A DNA stretch of 64,000 nucleotides from an uncultured Acidobacteriota bacterium (GCA_963813155.1 CAWEYG010000002.1:544001-608000), one strand, 5' to 3'. Shown: positions 38,790 to 49,486, counted from the first letter of the stretch. Program-made: numbers and translations. The notes: generated by a model not told the origin, from the sequence alone.

Positions 38790-39115
38790 AAATCACCTAC
38801 CGGCGCTGGGCAATCGGCGCGCTCGCGGCCGCGCTGCTCGCGGTCCTGTCGGGATGCGTCGCGACCGTCGACGACGGCCGCCGAGGCGGTTACGGAGTGG
38901 GCTACTACGAGCCGTATGGCCAGCCCTACGGCGGTTGGCCGTCGGGCTACCACGTCGCCCCTCCTCGCGGCGATCGCGACCGCGACACGCACAGCAGTCC
39001 GGCTCGCGAGGAGAACCGTTCCCGGAAATACCGGCCCGCGGACTCTTCCCGGCCGGTCCCCTCGCTTCCGTCCAAACGGCGTTCGAACGACCACGACCAC
39101 GATCACGGCAATTGA
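38786..39115 (+). CDS. Small Gly/Tyr-rich lipoprotein
   Basis: LSGC lipobox; 4-nt overlap with VOC gene. Confidence 0.75.
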   Translation: MKITYRRWAIGALAAALLAVLSGCVATVDDGRRGGYGVGYYEPYGQPYGGWPSGYHVAPPRGDRDRDTHSSPAREENRSRKYRPADSSRPVPSLPSKRRSNDHDHDHGN

Positions 39116-39142
39116 GAAGGGGGGAGGCCCGGCGGCCTCCCG

Positions 39143-39752
39143 TCACGCCTTCTCCAACACCCACGTCGTCATGCATCGCTGGCCGGATACGACGGTCGTC
39201 TTCAGCGGATCGAGCAGCCGGCCCCCGAGCTCCGCTGTCCAGTCGAGCAGATACCGCTCGTCCACCAGGTAGCGCTCGCTGCCGTCCGGCAGCCCGAAGC
39301 GTCTCCCCCCGATCGGCCGGAAGCGGTCTTCCATTCCGATCGTCGAGGCGAGACGGCAGAACATCAGGCCGCCCCGCTTCACGAGACGCCAGGTGCCGCG
39401 GAGCATCGCCTGGAACTGCGCTTCGTCGCGCGCGAAGTGAAGCACAGCGCTGCTCACCACGGCATCCGCGATCGCGTCGGGAAAACTGTTCGACTCGACC
39501 GCCTCTTCGCGGATGTTGGCAGAGGGAAGACTGCGGAGCGAGCTCCTGCAACAGCCGTCGCACCGCCCGGACGCTGTTCGCGTCCGGATCGAGGCCGTAG
39601 ACCTCATATGCCTCGCTCAGAAAGAACACGAGGTTGCGCCCGCTCCCGCAGCCGGCGTCGAGCATCGTCATTCCCGGCGCGATTCGCCCGCGCAGGATCT
39701 GGTCGAACAGGTAGATGTCGATCTGCCCGAAGAGCGAGGAAAGGTCGGTCAC
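39143..39752 (-). CDS. Class I SAM methyltransferase; frameshift near 39535
   Basis: IDIYLFDQILRG, LDAGCGSGRN then SSAVLHFA...PLKTTVV in second frame. Confidence 0.85.
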
Positions 39753-39782
39753 GCGAAGGTATGGTAGCAGGCCGGCCGCCGG

Positions 39783-40556
39783 CTACCGCGGGTACTGCGG
39801 CCCCGCGAGCTCGATCGTCCACAGCGGCCCGCCTTCGTAGAACTGGCTCTCGGATTTCGCGAAACCCGGCGCGTCTCCGACCGACGATCCACACGGAAGC
39901 GTCCTTCGGCTGTTTCCCGACGATCGGCGCGACCGCGCCGCGAGCCCGCGAAGGTCCACGTGGATGTTGAATCGCTCCGCCCGGTACGACTGCCGGCCGT
40001 TGGAAATCGTCTCGAATCCCGCGCGCGAGACCACGAGCTTCACGAGCCGCGGCTTCGGGGCGGCGACGAGCATCGGAAACGTCGTCGAGGCGATCTCGGG
40101 AGCAAGGTCTTTCAGGAGAGTCGACGGCAGACCGTTCGCCAGGTCGGGAGGAAGCTTCATCCGCTCGTCGAGGAATTTTTCCACGCCTTTCTCCGCGTAC
40201 TTCACGGTCACGCGACCGCTCTTTTCGTCGATCGACACTTCCATCGGACCCGGAAAGCTCGGGCCGCGCTGGACGAGGCGGTCGCTCACGAGCCGAAACC
40301 GCCCGCGCTGCGTGAAGACCGTCGTCTCGTCCTGCAGCGAGCCGTCCCGGAAATGGAAAACCAGGCGGCTCGTGACGCGGTCTCCCCGCGCGAACTGGAT
40401 CGAATCGCCGTCGGCGATCACGGCGCCGTCGGGACCTCGGAGAGCCAGAAATCCGCGCACGACGCCCTCCGGGTAGCGGACGGGCACGAAATCCCCGCGA
40501 AGAATCGCGCCGCCAGCAAGGAAGGCGAGAACAAAGAGCGCGAGCCGTCTCTTCAC
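39783..40556 (-). CDS. Secreted hypothetical protein; two compensating frameshifts near 39880-39940
   Basis: Signal-like VKRRLALFVLAFL; natural-looking segment VAPIVGKQPKDASVWIV lies in the alternate frame. Confidence 0.75.
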   Translation of the reverse strand: MKRRLALFVLAFLAGGAILRGDFVPVRYPEGVVRGFLALRGPDGAVIADGDSIQFARGDRVTSRLVFHFRDGSLQDETTVFTQRGRFRLVSDRLVQRGPSFPGPMEVSIDEKSGRVTVKYAEKGVEKFLDERMKLPPDLANGLPSTLLKDLAPEIASTTFPMLVAAPKPRLVKLVVSRAGFETISNGRQSYRAERFNIHVDLRGLAARSRRSSGNSRRTLPCGSSVGDAPGFAKSESQFYEGGPLWTIELAGPQYPR

Positions 40557-40568
40557 GCAGCTTTCGAG

Positions 40569-40584
40569 AGCAAGACCCATACCG
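40569..40584 (-). promoter_or_regulatory. sigma54-like promoter (near-leaderless)
   Basis: CGGTATGGGTCTTGCT, 12 nt before GTG 40556. Confidence 0.45.
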
Positions 40585-40657
40585 ACGCCGGTCGGCTTTC
40601 CCGGTTGCCTTTTTTTCTCCTCCGGCATGGAATGCGCCCATGAGATCGAAATTCACA

Positions 40658-42111
40658 ATGCACGGATCCCGGTTTCTTCCGCTCGCCGCCCTCCTCCTCG
40701 CAGCGGGGTGCGCCTCGACGGGGCCGTCGGCCGGCCCGGGTCCGGCCGGGCGCCCGCGCCGTCGGAGCGCGCGACGCTCGGCATGGAGGGAAAGCCGATC
40801 ACGCGGCAGCTCCGCAAGAAGCTGGGCCTGCCGGCAAACCTCGTCGGCGTCGTCGCGGGAGACGTGCTTCCCGGCGGCCCGGCCGCGCTCGCGGGAGTTC
40901 GCCCGAACGACGTCGTCGAGCAGATCGGCGGCGCGAACATCCTCGTCGATTGCGATTTCCTCGACGCCGCGTTCAACCGCCCGTCCGGCCCGGTCGGCGT
41001 CGTCGTCCGCCGAGGGGCCTCGAAGCTCTCCCTGACGGTCGCCGCCGCGGGACAGGACGCTCTCTTCGCGAAGAGCTGCCGCGCAGGAGTCCTCGCGGCC
41101 TGCTTCCGACAGGCGTGGTCGCTCGCCGGCAGCCGCGATGCCGCCGACCGCGGGCGCTCGCTCGAGCTCTACGACTCCGCCTGCCGCGCCGGCTCCGCGG
41201 ACGCGTGCACGTACCGAGGCCTGTTCCTCAGCCGGGACGGCAACCGGGAGAGCGTCGCCGTCCTCGAGCGCGCCTGCGATCTCGGGAGCGGCGGCGGGTG
41301 CGCGACGCTCGCGTTTCTCCACGCAACTGGAAAGTTCGTTCCGAAAGACGACCGCCGCGCGAATTCGCTGTACGTGAAATCCTGCGTCCTCGGCGACGAG
41401 CAGGGCTGTTACAACGAAGGGTTGATGGCGGACGAAGCGCGCGGGACCAGCCGCGATCTCTCCCGGGCCGTCGCGCGATACCGCGAGGCGTGCGACGGAG
41501 GAAGCGCGCCCGCGTGCACGAACCTCGGATTTTTCTACGAGCATGGAAGCGGAGTCGGGAAGGATGCCGCGAAAGCGGCCGCGCTCTACAAGCGGGGATG
41601 CGACGGCACCACCTGCCAGCCCTCCAACCGGAACGGCTGCGTGAACCTCGGCCGCGCGTTCCGCGACGGCACGGGCGTCGCGAAGGACCCGTCGCGGGCG
41701 GCGCCGCTCTTCCGCGATGCGTGCAATCGCGACCTCGACGCGAACGACCCCGGTTCCGAAACGAACCGGTCGCGCGCGTGCTCGCTTCTCGGCGCGCTGT
41801 ACATCGACGGCGACGGTGTGGAGAAGGACTCCTCCAGCGCGCTCCGCCTCTCCGAGCTCGGGTGCGAGCGCGGAGACTCCTTCGGGTGTTTCAACGCCGC
41901 CGCGATCACGGGAATCGGCACCGAGCGGGACGCCGCGAAGGCGGCAGGGTTCCTGGAGAAAGCGTGCGACCTCGGCGACGGGGAGGGATGCTTCGACCTC
42001 GGGGTCGACTACGAGAAGGGACGGGGCGTCTCCGCGGACCGCGACCGCGCGAAGGGTCTCTTCCGGAAGGCCTGCCAGCTCGGGTTCCGGGAGGCGTGCG
42101 GGAGGAAGTAA
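40658..42111 (+). CDS. Lipoprotein with PDZ domain and Cys-rich Sel1-like repeats; frameshift near 40748
   Basis: AAGC lipobox in other frame; PGGPAALAGVRPNDVV PDZ; repeated ACDxG..xC.NLG. Confidence 0.85.
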
Positions 42112-42124
42112 GGGCCTCGCTCGC

Positions 42125-42922
42125 TCAGCGGAATACGCAGGTGCGGAAGACCTCGTGCAGCGTCGTTCCGCCCGGGCAGTAGCGCAGGGCCACGAAACCG
42201 AACGCGGCCGCGCCCACGAATGCGACCAGAAAAGGAAAGAGCGTCTGCTTGAAGACGCTCTCCATCCACCCGTCTTCGTGCATGCCGCGCGATGCCTTGA
42301 CGAGTCCCGCCGCCATCGCGGCCTGGAACGCCGCTTCGGAGAGGATCACGGGCGCATGGACGACCAGGATGATCCCCGCGCCCAGGATCCCCGCGACAGC
42401 GACGAGGAAGATGATGAGGATGATCAAGCCGTCTCCGTCAATGTCGAACCCCCCCGAGCCGGACCCGCCCCCGCCGCCACCCGAGTGCGAAACGGGAACC
42501 GCGACCATTCGCGCGGGCGCGTCGCCCTCCTCGAACGTCGCGCTCGCGCCTCCGCCGCCGAACTTCCCTCCGCCCCCGGAAAACATCGATCCCCCGCCCG
42601 ACCCGCCTCCCGAGCCCCCGGAAGAGCCGCCCGGAAAGAGATCGCCGAGGTCGCCGCCCGAGCCCGATTCTCTGCGGCTCCGGGCGCGCATCGCGTACGC
42701 GACCCAGAGGCGGACCATCAGGAAGAAGACGAGGTACGAAACCGCCACGGCGGCCGGGTACCGGACGACGAGCCACCGCACCCCGACGGCATGGAGCGAA
42801 CGGCTCGCGAGCACGCCGGAGAGCAGCACGAGCGACAACATCATCGCCATGTGCAGCCGGATGAAATAGCGGTGCGTGATCCACACGCGAAACCGGTCGT
42901 GCAGCGAGAACGTGTCGGGCAT
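42125..42922 (-). CDS. Membrane protein with Gly-rich loop (FSGGGGKFGGGGAS)
   Basis: Multiple TM helices; Gly-rich motif. Confidence 0.75.
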   Translation of the reverse strand: MPDTFSLHDRFRVWITHRYFIRLHMAMMLSLVLLSGVLASRSLHAVGVRWLVVRYPAAVAVSYLVFFLMVRLWVAYAMRARSRRESGSGGDLGDLFPGGSSGGSGGGSGGGSMFSGGGGKFGGGGASATFEEGDAPARMVAVPVSHSGGGGGGSGSGGFDIDGDGLIILIIFLVAVAGILGAGIILVVHAPVILSEAAFQAAMAAGLVKASRGMHEDGWMESVFKQTLFPFLVAFVGAAAFGFVALRYCPGGTTLHEVFRTCVFR

Positions 42923-42933
42923 CGGCCCGCGCG

Positions 42934-43416
42934 CTACTTCGCGGGCATCGGCACGAAGACGTACGCGCGCACGGACTCCAGCATCCAGTGCCCGTTCTTC
43001 TTGTGGTAGACGAGCGTCACGTTGTGGCGAAAATCCGGCGCCGGTTTCCCGTCCGGCGTCATCATTCCTGAAACGACTCCGACCCAGTCCGCGACGGCGA
43101 GGTCCTCGCCGATTTCGCGCATCGAGCCCGACTCCACCTTGTACGTGGTCGGCTTCATCACGCCGCCGTGCTCTTCTTCGAAGAGCGCTTCGATCGCGGC
43201 CCGGCCTCTCTCGGCCCTGCCGAACGGGTTGACCAGGTCGCCGTCTTCCGCCCACACCATCGCCATTTTCTTGGCGTCGTGCGCGTTCCACGCCGAAACG
43301 AAGGCGTGCTGGGTCCCCTCGAAGGCGGCTTTCGCGCCGGCGTCGGCGGCGCGGACGGACGAGGGAATTGCTGCAAGGACGACCGCCAGGACGGCGGCCA
43401 CAAGAATCTTTTTCAT
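42934..43416 (-). CDS. Secreted NTF2/SnoaL-like (SgcJ/EcaC, DUF4440) protein
   Basis: AWNAHDAK...WAEDGDLVNPFG..GRAAI...KKNGHW; AAGGAG RBS. Confidence 0.88.
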   Translation of the reverse strand: MKKILVAAVLAVVLAAIPSSVRAADAGAKAAFEGTQHAFVSAWNAHDAKKMAMVWAEDGDLVNPFGRAERGRAAIEALFEEEHGGVMKPTTYKVESGSMREIGEDLAVADWVGVVSGMMTPDGKPAPDFRHNVTLVYHKKNGHWMLESVRAYVFVPMPAK

Positions 43417-43507
43417 AGACTCTCCTTTTCTTCGGCCAAGCATACAAGAAAGCCCCTGCGCCTTCACGTCTTCACGTCTTCGCCTTTTCCATGAGATCTT
43501 CGCAGGC

Positions 43508-44065
43508 ATGGCCACCAGGGCGACAATCCACAACGTCGACGTCGAGATCTCCGACGTGGATCGGGGCGTGTACGAGTCGCTCGCGCTCTGCCTCGCGCGG
43601 CAGCCGTCCGAAACGGCCGCCTACATGGTCACGCGCCTGCTCGCCTACTGCCTGGAGTACCGCGAGGGGATCGCGTTCACCGAGGGAGTCGCGGCGGGCG
43701 ACCAGCCGGCCGTGCTCGCGCGCGACCTCACCGGCCGGATGACGGCGTGGATCGAAGTCGGCATGCCCGACGCCGATCGGCTGCACCGCGGAGCGAAGGC
43801 GGCCGAGCGCGTCGCGGTCTACACGCAGCGGGACCCCGAGCGGCTCGTCAAGCAGCTCGCCGCCGCGAAAATCCACCGCGCCGCGGAGATCCCGATCTTC
43901 GCGTTCGATCCCGGGTTCGTGGACACGATCGCCGAGTCGATCGACCGCCGCTCGCGAATCTCCCTTTCCGTTACAGAACGCCAACTCTACGTCGAGCTCG
44001 ACGGCCGAACACTCGAGACGAGAATCGCGGAATACCGCATCCCAGAGCGAGCGCCAAGCGCCTAG
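43508..44065 (+). CDS. yaeQ: YaeQ family protein
   Basis: MATRATI..SDVDRGVY, PSET, RLLAYCL, DLTG...WIEVG.PD. Confidence 0.92.
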   Translation: MATRATIHNVDVEISDVDRGVYESLALCLARQPSETAAYMVTRLLAYCLEYREGIAFTEGVAAGDQPAVLARDLTGRMTAWIEVGMPDADRLHRGAKAAERVAVYTQRDPERLVKQLAAAKIHRAAEIPIFAFDPGFVDTIAESIDRRSRISLSVTERQLYVELDGRTLETRIAEYRIPERAPSA

Positions 44066-45831
44066 GGTCTTCGCGCGAAAACCTGGCGCTCGCTCCCGCC
44101 CTCCTCCAGCTGCAGGCCGGTCACCCGTTGCCCGTCGCTCTGGAACTCGATGAAAAACCCGGGAGGCGCGCCTTCGAGGCGAAAGCGCGTTTTGCTCACC
44201 GCCGCGAGCCGGACGGTCCAGTCTTCGCCCAGCACGGCCTGAAGGATCGTGTCCTGGTGCCGGACGACGAGCTCGTGGCCGTCCGGGGCGACGTACTTGC
44301 CCGCGAACCGGTCGAGCTCGGCGGCGGGAAGATCGATCTCGGCGGCGCGCTCGTCTTTCAATGCGAAGGGTGCCGGCTCGATTTTCGCGACGCAGCTCGT
44401 GTCCAGGCCCTTTTCCGTTCCGCGCTCGACGAGCTCCAGCCCGAGGCGATCGAGGCACTCGGTCCCCTTTTCTCCGTCGAATCCGTGGCCGCCTCCCGGA
44501 ACGACGATGTGTTTCGAGCGCGTGAGGGTCCGTGCCGCGAGCTCGCCCCAGGACGCCGGCGTCACCGGGTCGCGCTCGCCCGACATCAGAAGCGTCGGCG
44601 CATCCGACCGCACCGGTTCGTTGACGTCCGGGGGCGTTTCTCCGCGAGGCCATTCCGCGCACGCGGCCTTCTGCGCCCGAGCGCGAAAATCGCCCAGAAA
44701 AGTCCCCCGCGTCGCCCTCTCGGCTTCGTCGGGCGTGAAGAAGGCGACGTCCTCCGAACAGGTGACCGACAGGTAAAAGCCGTCCGACATCGACGTGGCG
44801 AAGTTGCCGAAGAGATACGCGCTCTCCGCGAGCGGTGCGAGGTCGCCCTGCGCCGCCATGTGGACCTGCAGGGGAATCTGCGCCGCGGTGATCGGCGTGT
44901 AGAGCATGTAGCGGATCGTCTGGGCGGCGGCGATGCGGCCGAGAACGATCTTCAACGGCTTGCCGGTGTCCGGGTCTTTCACGGTCGCTTCCGCCGGCTG
45001 CTTTCCGAGGCGGGCGAGCAGGCCGTCGATTTCTCCCCGCGTGTCCGGAAAAGCCGCGTGGCAGGGCGCCTCTTTCGCGCACGCGGCGAGCACCTGATCG
45101 AGAGCCGTCTGCGCGTCGCGGGCGAAGTACAGGGGACTCCGGGTGCCGGGCGGAACGATGCCCCCGAGCACCGCCGTTCGAACGTGTTCCGGATGCCGGC
45201 GCATGTACTCGAGCGCCGCGTTCGTGCCGTAGGAGCCGCCCTGGACGTTGACGCGATCGTAGCCGAGAGCGCCGCGCACGTCGTCCACGTCGTCCACGGC
45301 CGGGGCCGTCGTGTAGAACCTGAGATCGGCCCGCGGTTCGAGCTCTCGCCGGCAGGCGCGCACCCCTTCGACCGGCAGGAAGCTCTCCAGAAACCCGAGC
45401 ACGCCCGTGTGCCCCTGGAGCGCTTTGCAGTGGAGCCCGTTGGAATCGCCGGTCCCGCGGACGTCGACGAGCACGAGATCGCGCTTTCGATTCACCTCGG
45501 CGCCGGCCGCCGCCTCTCCCGCCGCCGACTGGACGGCCGACTCGCCCGGCCCTCCCTCGAAGAGGAAAACGGGATCGGGCTCCTTTGCGGAGCCTGTCGC
45601 CGGCAGCACGACGACGCGAAGCGAGATCTTTCGTCCGGCGCGCTTCACGCGGTCTTCCCACACCTCGAAGCGCCCGCACCGCACTTCGCGTTCGATTCCG
45701 GGCACCTTGCACGGCGAAAGGTCGAGGTGCGGAGGGTTCGGCCGGGCACTCGGCGCGCCTTTCGGAGTTTCCGCCGCGAGAGCTCCAGCCGCGAGAAACA
45801 GGAAGAGAGCCGGGAAACGAATTTTCTTCAT
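44062..45831 (-). CDS. Secreted alpha/beta hydrolase (TAP-like peptidase) with C-terminal DUF3471-like domain
   Basis: GGPG, DVRGTG, GGSYGT, DPVTP, GH. Confidence 0.9.
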   Translation of the reverse strand: MKKIRFPALFLFLAAGALAAETPKGAPSARPNPPHLDLSPCKVPGIEREVRCGRFEVWEDRVKRAGRKISLRVVVLPATGSAKEPDPVFLFEGGPGESAVQSAAGEAAAGAEVNRKRDLVLVDVRGTGDSNGLHCKALQGHTGVLGFLESFLPVEGVRACRRELEPRADLRFYTTAPAVDDVDDVRGALGYDRVNVQGGSYGTNAALEYMRRHPEHVRTAVLGGIVPPGTRSPLYFARDAQTALDQVLAACAKEAPCHAAFPDTRGEIDGLLARLGKQPAEATVKDPDTGKPLKIVLGRIAAAQTIRYMLYTPITAAQIPLQVHMAAQGDLAPLAESAYLFGNFATSMSDGFYLSVTCSEDVAFFTPDEAERATRGTFLGDFRARAQKAACAEWPRGETPPDVNEPVRSDAPTLLMSGERDPVTPASWGELAARTLTRSKHIVVPGGGHGFDGEKGTECLDRLGLELVERGTEKGLDTSCVAKIEPAPFALKDERAAEIDLPAAELDRFAGKYVAPDGHELVVRHQDTILQAVLGEDWTVRLAAVSKTRFRLEGAPPGFFIEFQSDGQRVTGLQLEEGGSERQVFARRP

Positions 45832-45919
45832 ACGTAACGTTACAACGCAATCGCTTCGGGAGAGTTCCCGAAATCGCGAACCAACGGGTTAGAAATCTCC
45901 CCGGTGGTAGGATGGCCCC

Positions 45920-46339
45920 ATGCTCAAGACATTCGATCCGATCGAAATGACACGTCCCATGCGCGAAGAGCTCGTTCACGCCGGCTTCGAAGAACTGAAG
46001 ACTCCCGAGCAGGTCGACCGGGTCCTTGGCGAGAAGTCCGGCTCCGTCCTCGTATTCGTGAACTCCGTCTGCGGATGTGCGGCCGGGTCCGCGCGGCCGG
46101 GCGTCGTCGCCGCCGTCAAAGGTCTCGCGTCTCCGCCGCGGCTGACGACCGTGTTCGCCGGGCAGGACCGCGAGGCGACGGAGAAGGCCCGCGGATACTT
46201 CCGCAACTTTCCGCCCTCGTCGCCGTCGGTCGTCCTGCTGAAGGACGGCGCGCCCGTTTACATCCTGGAACGCCGCCAGATCGAGGGCCGCTCGCCCGAT
46301 TTCGTCGCCGCCGAGCTGCGGCGCGCCCTCCAGGGCTGA
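45920..46339 (+). CDS. BrxA/BrxB family bacilliredoxin
   Basis: PMREEL, VNSVCGCAAGSARPG, TVFAGQD.EAT..AR, PPSSPS. Confidence 0.93.
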   Translation: MLKTFDPIEMTRPMREELVHAGFEELKTPEQVDRVLGEKSGSVLVFVNSVCGCAAGSARPGVVAAVKGLASPPRLTTVFAGQDREATEKARGYFRNFPPSSPSVVLLKDGAPVYILERRQIEGRSPDFVAAELRRALQG

Positions 46340-46359
46340 GCCGGGACGGGTCGCCCGAC

Positions 46360-46803
46360 ATGGACCCGGGCGGCACTCGACAACCCTCCGAGCGAAGGAT
46401 CTTCACCGGTCTCGCGATCGCCGGATGGGCGATGTGGTTCGCGATCGCAAAGGGATACAACGGCGAGCGCGAGGGCGACTCCTCCGCCTGGCTCACCTGC
46501 TTCACCCTGTGGGCGCCTGCGTCCTATCTTCTCGTCCTGAACCGGCGCTCCTGGGCGAGGCCCGGCAGGGCCCACTCCCTCCTCATCGCGTCCGCCTCCG
46601 TCTTTGCCCTCGTCGAGCTGATTCTGATCTCGAACTCGGTCCATCTCCTTCCGGGCTTTCTGATCCCGAAGGCCGATCTCCCCGTCTGGATCGGCATCCC
46701 GATCTACTTCGGGGCGATGGGATCTCTCGCGGCGACGCCGCTGCTTGCGGTGATCGTCTTTCTGCAGGGCCGGTCCTCACCCCCGGCCTCAGCGAAGCCC
46801 TGA
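46360..46803 (+). CDS. 4-TM membrane protein
   Basis: Four hydrophobic segments. Confidence 0.65.
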   Translation: MDPGGTRQPSERRIFTGLAIAGWAMWFAIAKGYNGEREGDSSAWLTCFTLWAPASYLLVLNRRSWARPGRAHSLLIASASVFALVELILISNSVHLLPGFLIPKADLPVWIGIPIYFGAMGSLAATPLLAVIVFLQGRSSPPASAKP

Positions 46804-46843
46804 CTCGTCGTATGATCGGCTCAACATAAGAAAGGAGGCCCCC

Positions 46844-46984
46844 GTGTTGCTCACCATCGGGATCATTCTCCTCATCCTCTGGCTGCTGGGTTTCTTCGCT
46901 TTCCACGTTGGCAGCGGGCTCATCCACATCATTCTGATCGTCGCGGTGATCGTGATCGTCCTGCACCTTATCCGAGGCCGCTGA
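46844..46984 (+). CDS. lmo0937/DUF5670 family small membrane protein (not in ORF track)
   Basis: AAAGGAGG RBS; MLLTIGIILLILWLLGFFAFHVGSGLIHIILIVAVIVIVLHLIRGR. Confidence 0.9.
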   Translation: MLLTIGIILLILWLLGFFAFHVGSGLIHIILIVAVIVIVLHLIRGR

Positions 46985-47059
46985 CCGTCAAACCCAAGGC
47001 ATCAAAGCTCGCCCTCGACAGAATTCTCGAGACCTCATTTTTTTCGAAGGAGGGACTCC

Positions 47060-47584
47060 ATGGCCAAGCCCGGAAAATGGTTCTCCGGATTCGTATGCCT
47101 CGCTGTCCTCGGAATCGCGGCCGCCTCGTTCGCGGCCGACGCACCGAAGGCCGACGGCGCGAAAGCCAAACCCGCCATGCACGCGATGGCGAAGCCGGTC
47201 GTGTGGCCGGCCGACAAGCTCAAGTGGGTCGACGCTCCCGGGGTAACGGGCGTGAAAGTCGCGGTCCTGTGGGGAGATCCCGACAAGGGCGCGTTCGGCG
47301 CGATCCATAAGTTCCCCGCGGGCTTCAAAGCTCCCCTCCACACGCACTCGAGCGACCTGCACTGCGTCGTGATCTCGGGCACGATGATCCACGGCGAAGC
47401 GGACGGCTCGGAAACGCGGCTGCCGGCCGGCTCCTACCTGTTCGACCCGCACACCGAGCAGCACACGACCGCGTGCGATGCCGCGAGCGAGTGCGAGATG
47501 TTCGTGCAGGCGACCGGGAAGTTCGACATCCAGATGGTCGGCGCGAAGAAGATGGAAAAGAAGACGGAGAAGAAGGCGAAGTAA
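47060..47584 (+). CDS. Secreted cupin (DUF4437-like)
   Basis: LWGDP, PLHTHSS, VISG, LPAGSY, HTTAC. Confidence 0.85.
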   Translation: MAKPGKWFSGFVCLAVLGIAAASFAADAPKADGAKAKPAMHAMAKPVVWPADKLKWVDAPGVTGVKVAVLWGDPDKGAFGAIHKFPAGFKAPLHTHSSDLHCVVISGTMIHGEADGSETRLPAGSYLFDPHTEQHTTACDAASECEMFVQATGKFDIQMVGAKKMEKKTEKKAK

Positions 47585-47973
47585 ACGCTTCGCTCAGCCC
47601 GAGGAGCGAGCCAGGCCCCGGAGCGGGTCCTCGGCGCCTCCCTCGAGGAGACGCAGCGCGCCCGGCGGTGGCATCAGTCCGTGCGCGCTCCTCGGGCAAA
47701 TTTTTTCGCAAGTGAGCGTCCTCTTGAAGTTCAGGCTTTACCAGCGAAAAAACATACGCTCCTCTCGGGAGGCACCTGCGACTCGCTCTCAGCCCCGCCC
47801 CTGAGCGAAGCCGGCGGAGCGGCCCGGGGCTGACGCACTCCGCGCAGGCTGGTCTTCGAGACCCCGAGGGAAAGCGAACTGCGGCCGAGGGTCGAGAAGA
47901 CTTGCCGAGCGGAGGGCTGGGGCTGGGCGGCGGCGTCGGCGAGCGAAGTCTGACCGTGTAAAATAGCCGGGTC

Positions 47974-49486
47974 GTGCAACTCCGGTACCTCGGATCTCCG
48001 GCGCCTCCCATTCCGACCGCGAAGACACGGGCTTTCCCCGGCTCCCTCGCCGGCGTCCTTGTCGCCGTCGCGCTGTTCGGCGCCTCGCCCCCGGTGCGGG
48101 CCCAGCCCTCCGGTCTCGCACTGTCCGCGAGCTTCGCGGCGGTGACCGACGACGGAGGCGGCGTGCCGCCCGATCCGCAGGGGGCCGCCGGGCCCGAATA
48201 TCTCCTCACGATGACGAACACGCGCTTTGCCGCCCAGCGCAAGGACGGAGCGTTGGCCAGGACCTGGACGCCCGCGCAGTTCTGGGCATCTGTTTCGATG
48301 AACGATCTGCTCTTCGACCCGCGCGTGATGTACGACGCGCTGGCGGGCCGATGGATCGCCGTGATGGCGACGGCCGGCGTCACCTCGGACCCCGCCCTGC
48401 TCCTCGCGGTCTCCGACGGGACCGACCCGACGCAGGGGTGGACCTTCCGGCGGATCCCCGCCGATCCGCTCGGGAACAACGCCGCGGAGTTCCCGCTGCT
48501 CGGGGGAAACGGCCGTTGGATCTGCCTGACGGCGAACCTGATCTCGTTCTCGGGGGATAGCGACGGAGTGGCCGTTTGGGCGATCGAAAAGGCGCCGCTC
48601 TTGACCGGGACGCTGACGTTCACCCGCTTCGTGTTGCCGGATGCGGTCTCTCCCGTGGCGACCCGTCGTGACGCTCGACGCGGACCAGCCGGACGAATTC
48701 CTGCTGGAGCAGTGGTCGGAGAACAACGGCGGCCACGGCCAGCTGGAGTTGTTCCGCGTGACGGACGTCGGCGGAAGCGCGAAACTGAGGACGGTCGCGA
48801 CGATTTCCGCGGCCACGACGTGGGTCGCGCACCCGAACCCGTTCGACGCGCTGCCGCAGGTCGGGACCTCTCGCCTCATCACGGCATCGCAGGACGACGT
48901 CGCGAGCGCGTGTCTGCGAAACGGACAGATCTGGGCCGCGCAGACCGCGACGATTCCCGCGGCGGGAACCATTCCGCAACACTCCGTCGTTCAGTGGTGG
49001 CGCGTCACGACGGGGGGAGCGCTTTCGGGGTTCGGCCGGATCGGCGACGCGTCGGGACAGACCTGGCTCGCGTACCCGAGCGTCGCGGTCAACGCGCGGG
49101 ACCAGGCCGTCATCGGCTACTCGGTCTTCTCGCCGCAGGCGTACGCCTCCGCCGGGTACTCGATCCGGCCGGCGGGAGGGTGCGACGGGCAGCTTTCAAA
49201 GATCCACACGCTCCAGACGGGCCTTGGCGTCTACGTGAAACTCGATTCGACGGGCCTCAACCGGTGGGGAGACCTCTCCGAAACGGTCGTCGACCCGCAG
49301 GACGATCTTTCGATCTGGACGATCCAGGAGTACGCGGCGGCGCCGATCCAGGGCGCGAGCCGCTGGGGAACCTGGTGGGGCGGGTTTTCGCCCGCCGAGG
49401 CGGGGCGAGAAGGGGCGTGCATCGCGCCCGCGCCGGAGCAGGTCCCCGCGGGACTGCACGACCGGATCTCGAGCGGACCGCGGTAA
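47974..49486 (+). CDS. Secreted hypothetical protein (PPDP...FDP...RWGD motifs); frameshift near 48660
   Basis: PPDPQGAAGP, FDPRVMYD, YPSVAVN, NRWGDLS in two adjoining frames. Confidence 0.75.

Noticed and set aside
46997-47013. sigma54-like motif before the cupin gene (also one near 47669)
   Set aside because: GG-to-GC spacing is 11 rather than the required 10.
47690-47720. GGCAAA...CGCAAG resembling a c-di-GMP-I riboswitch
   Set aside because: No GNRA-capped P2 stem or P3 receptor; spacing too short.
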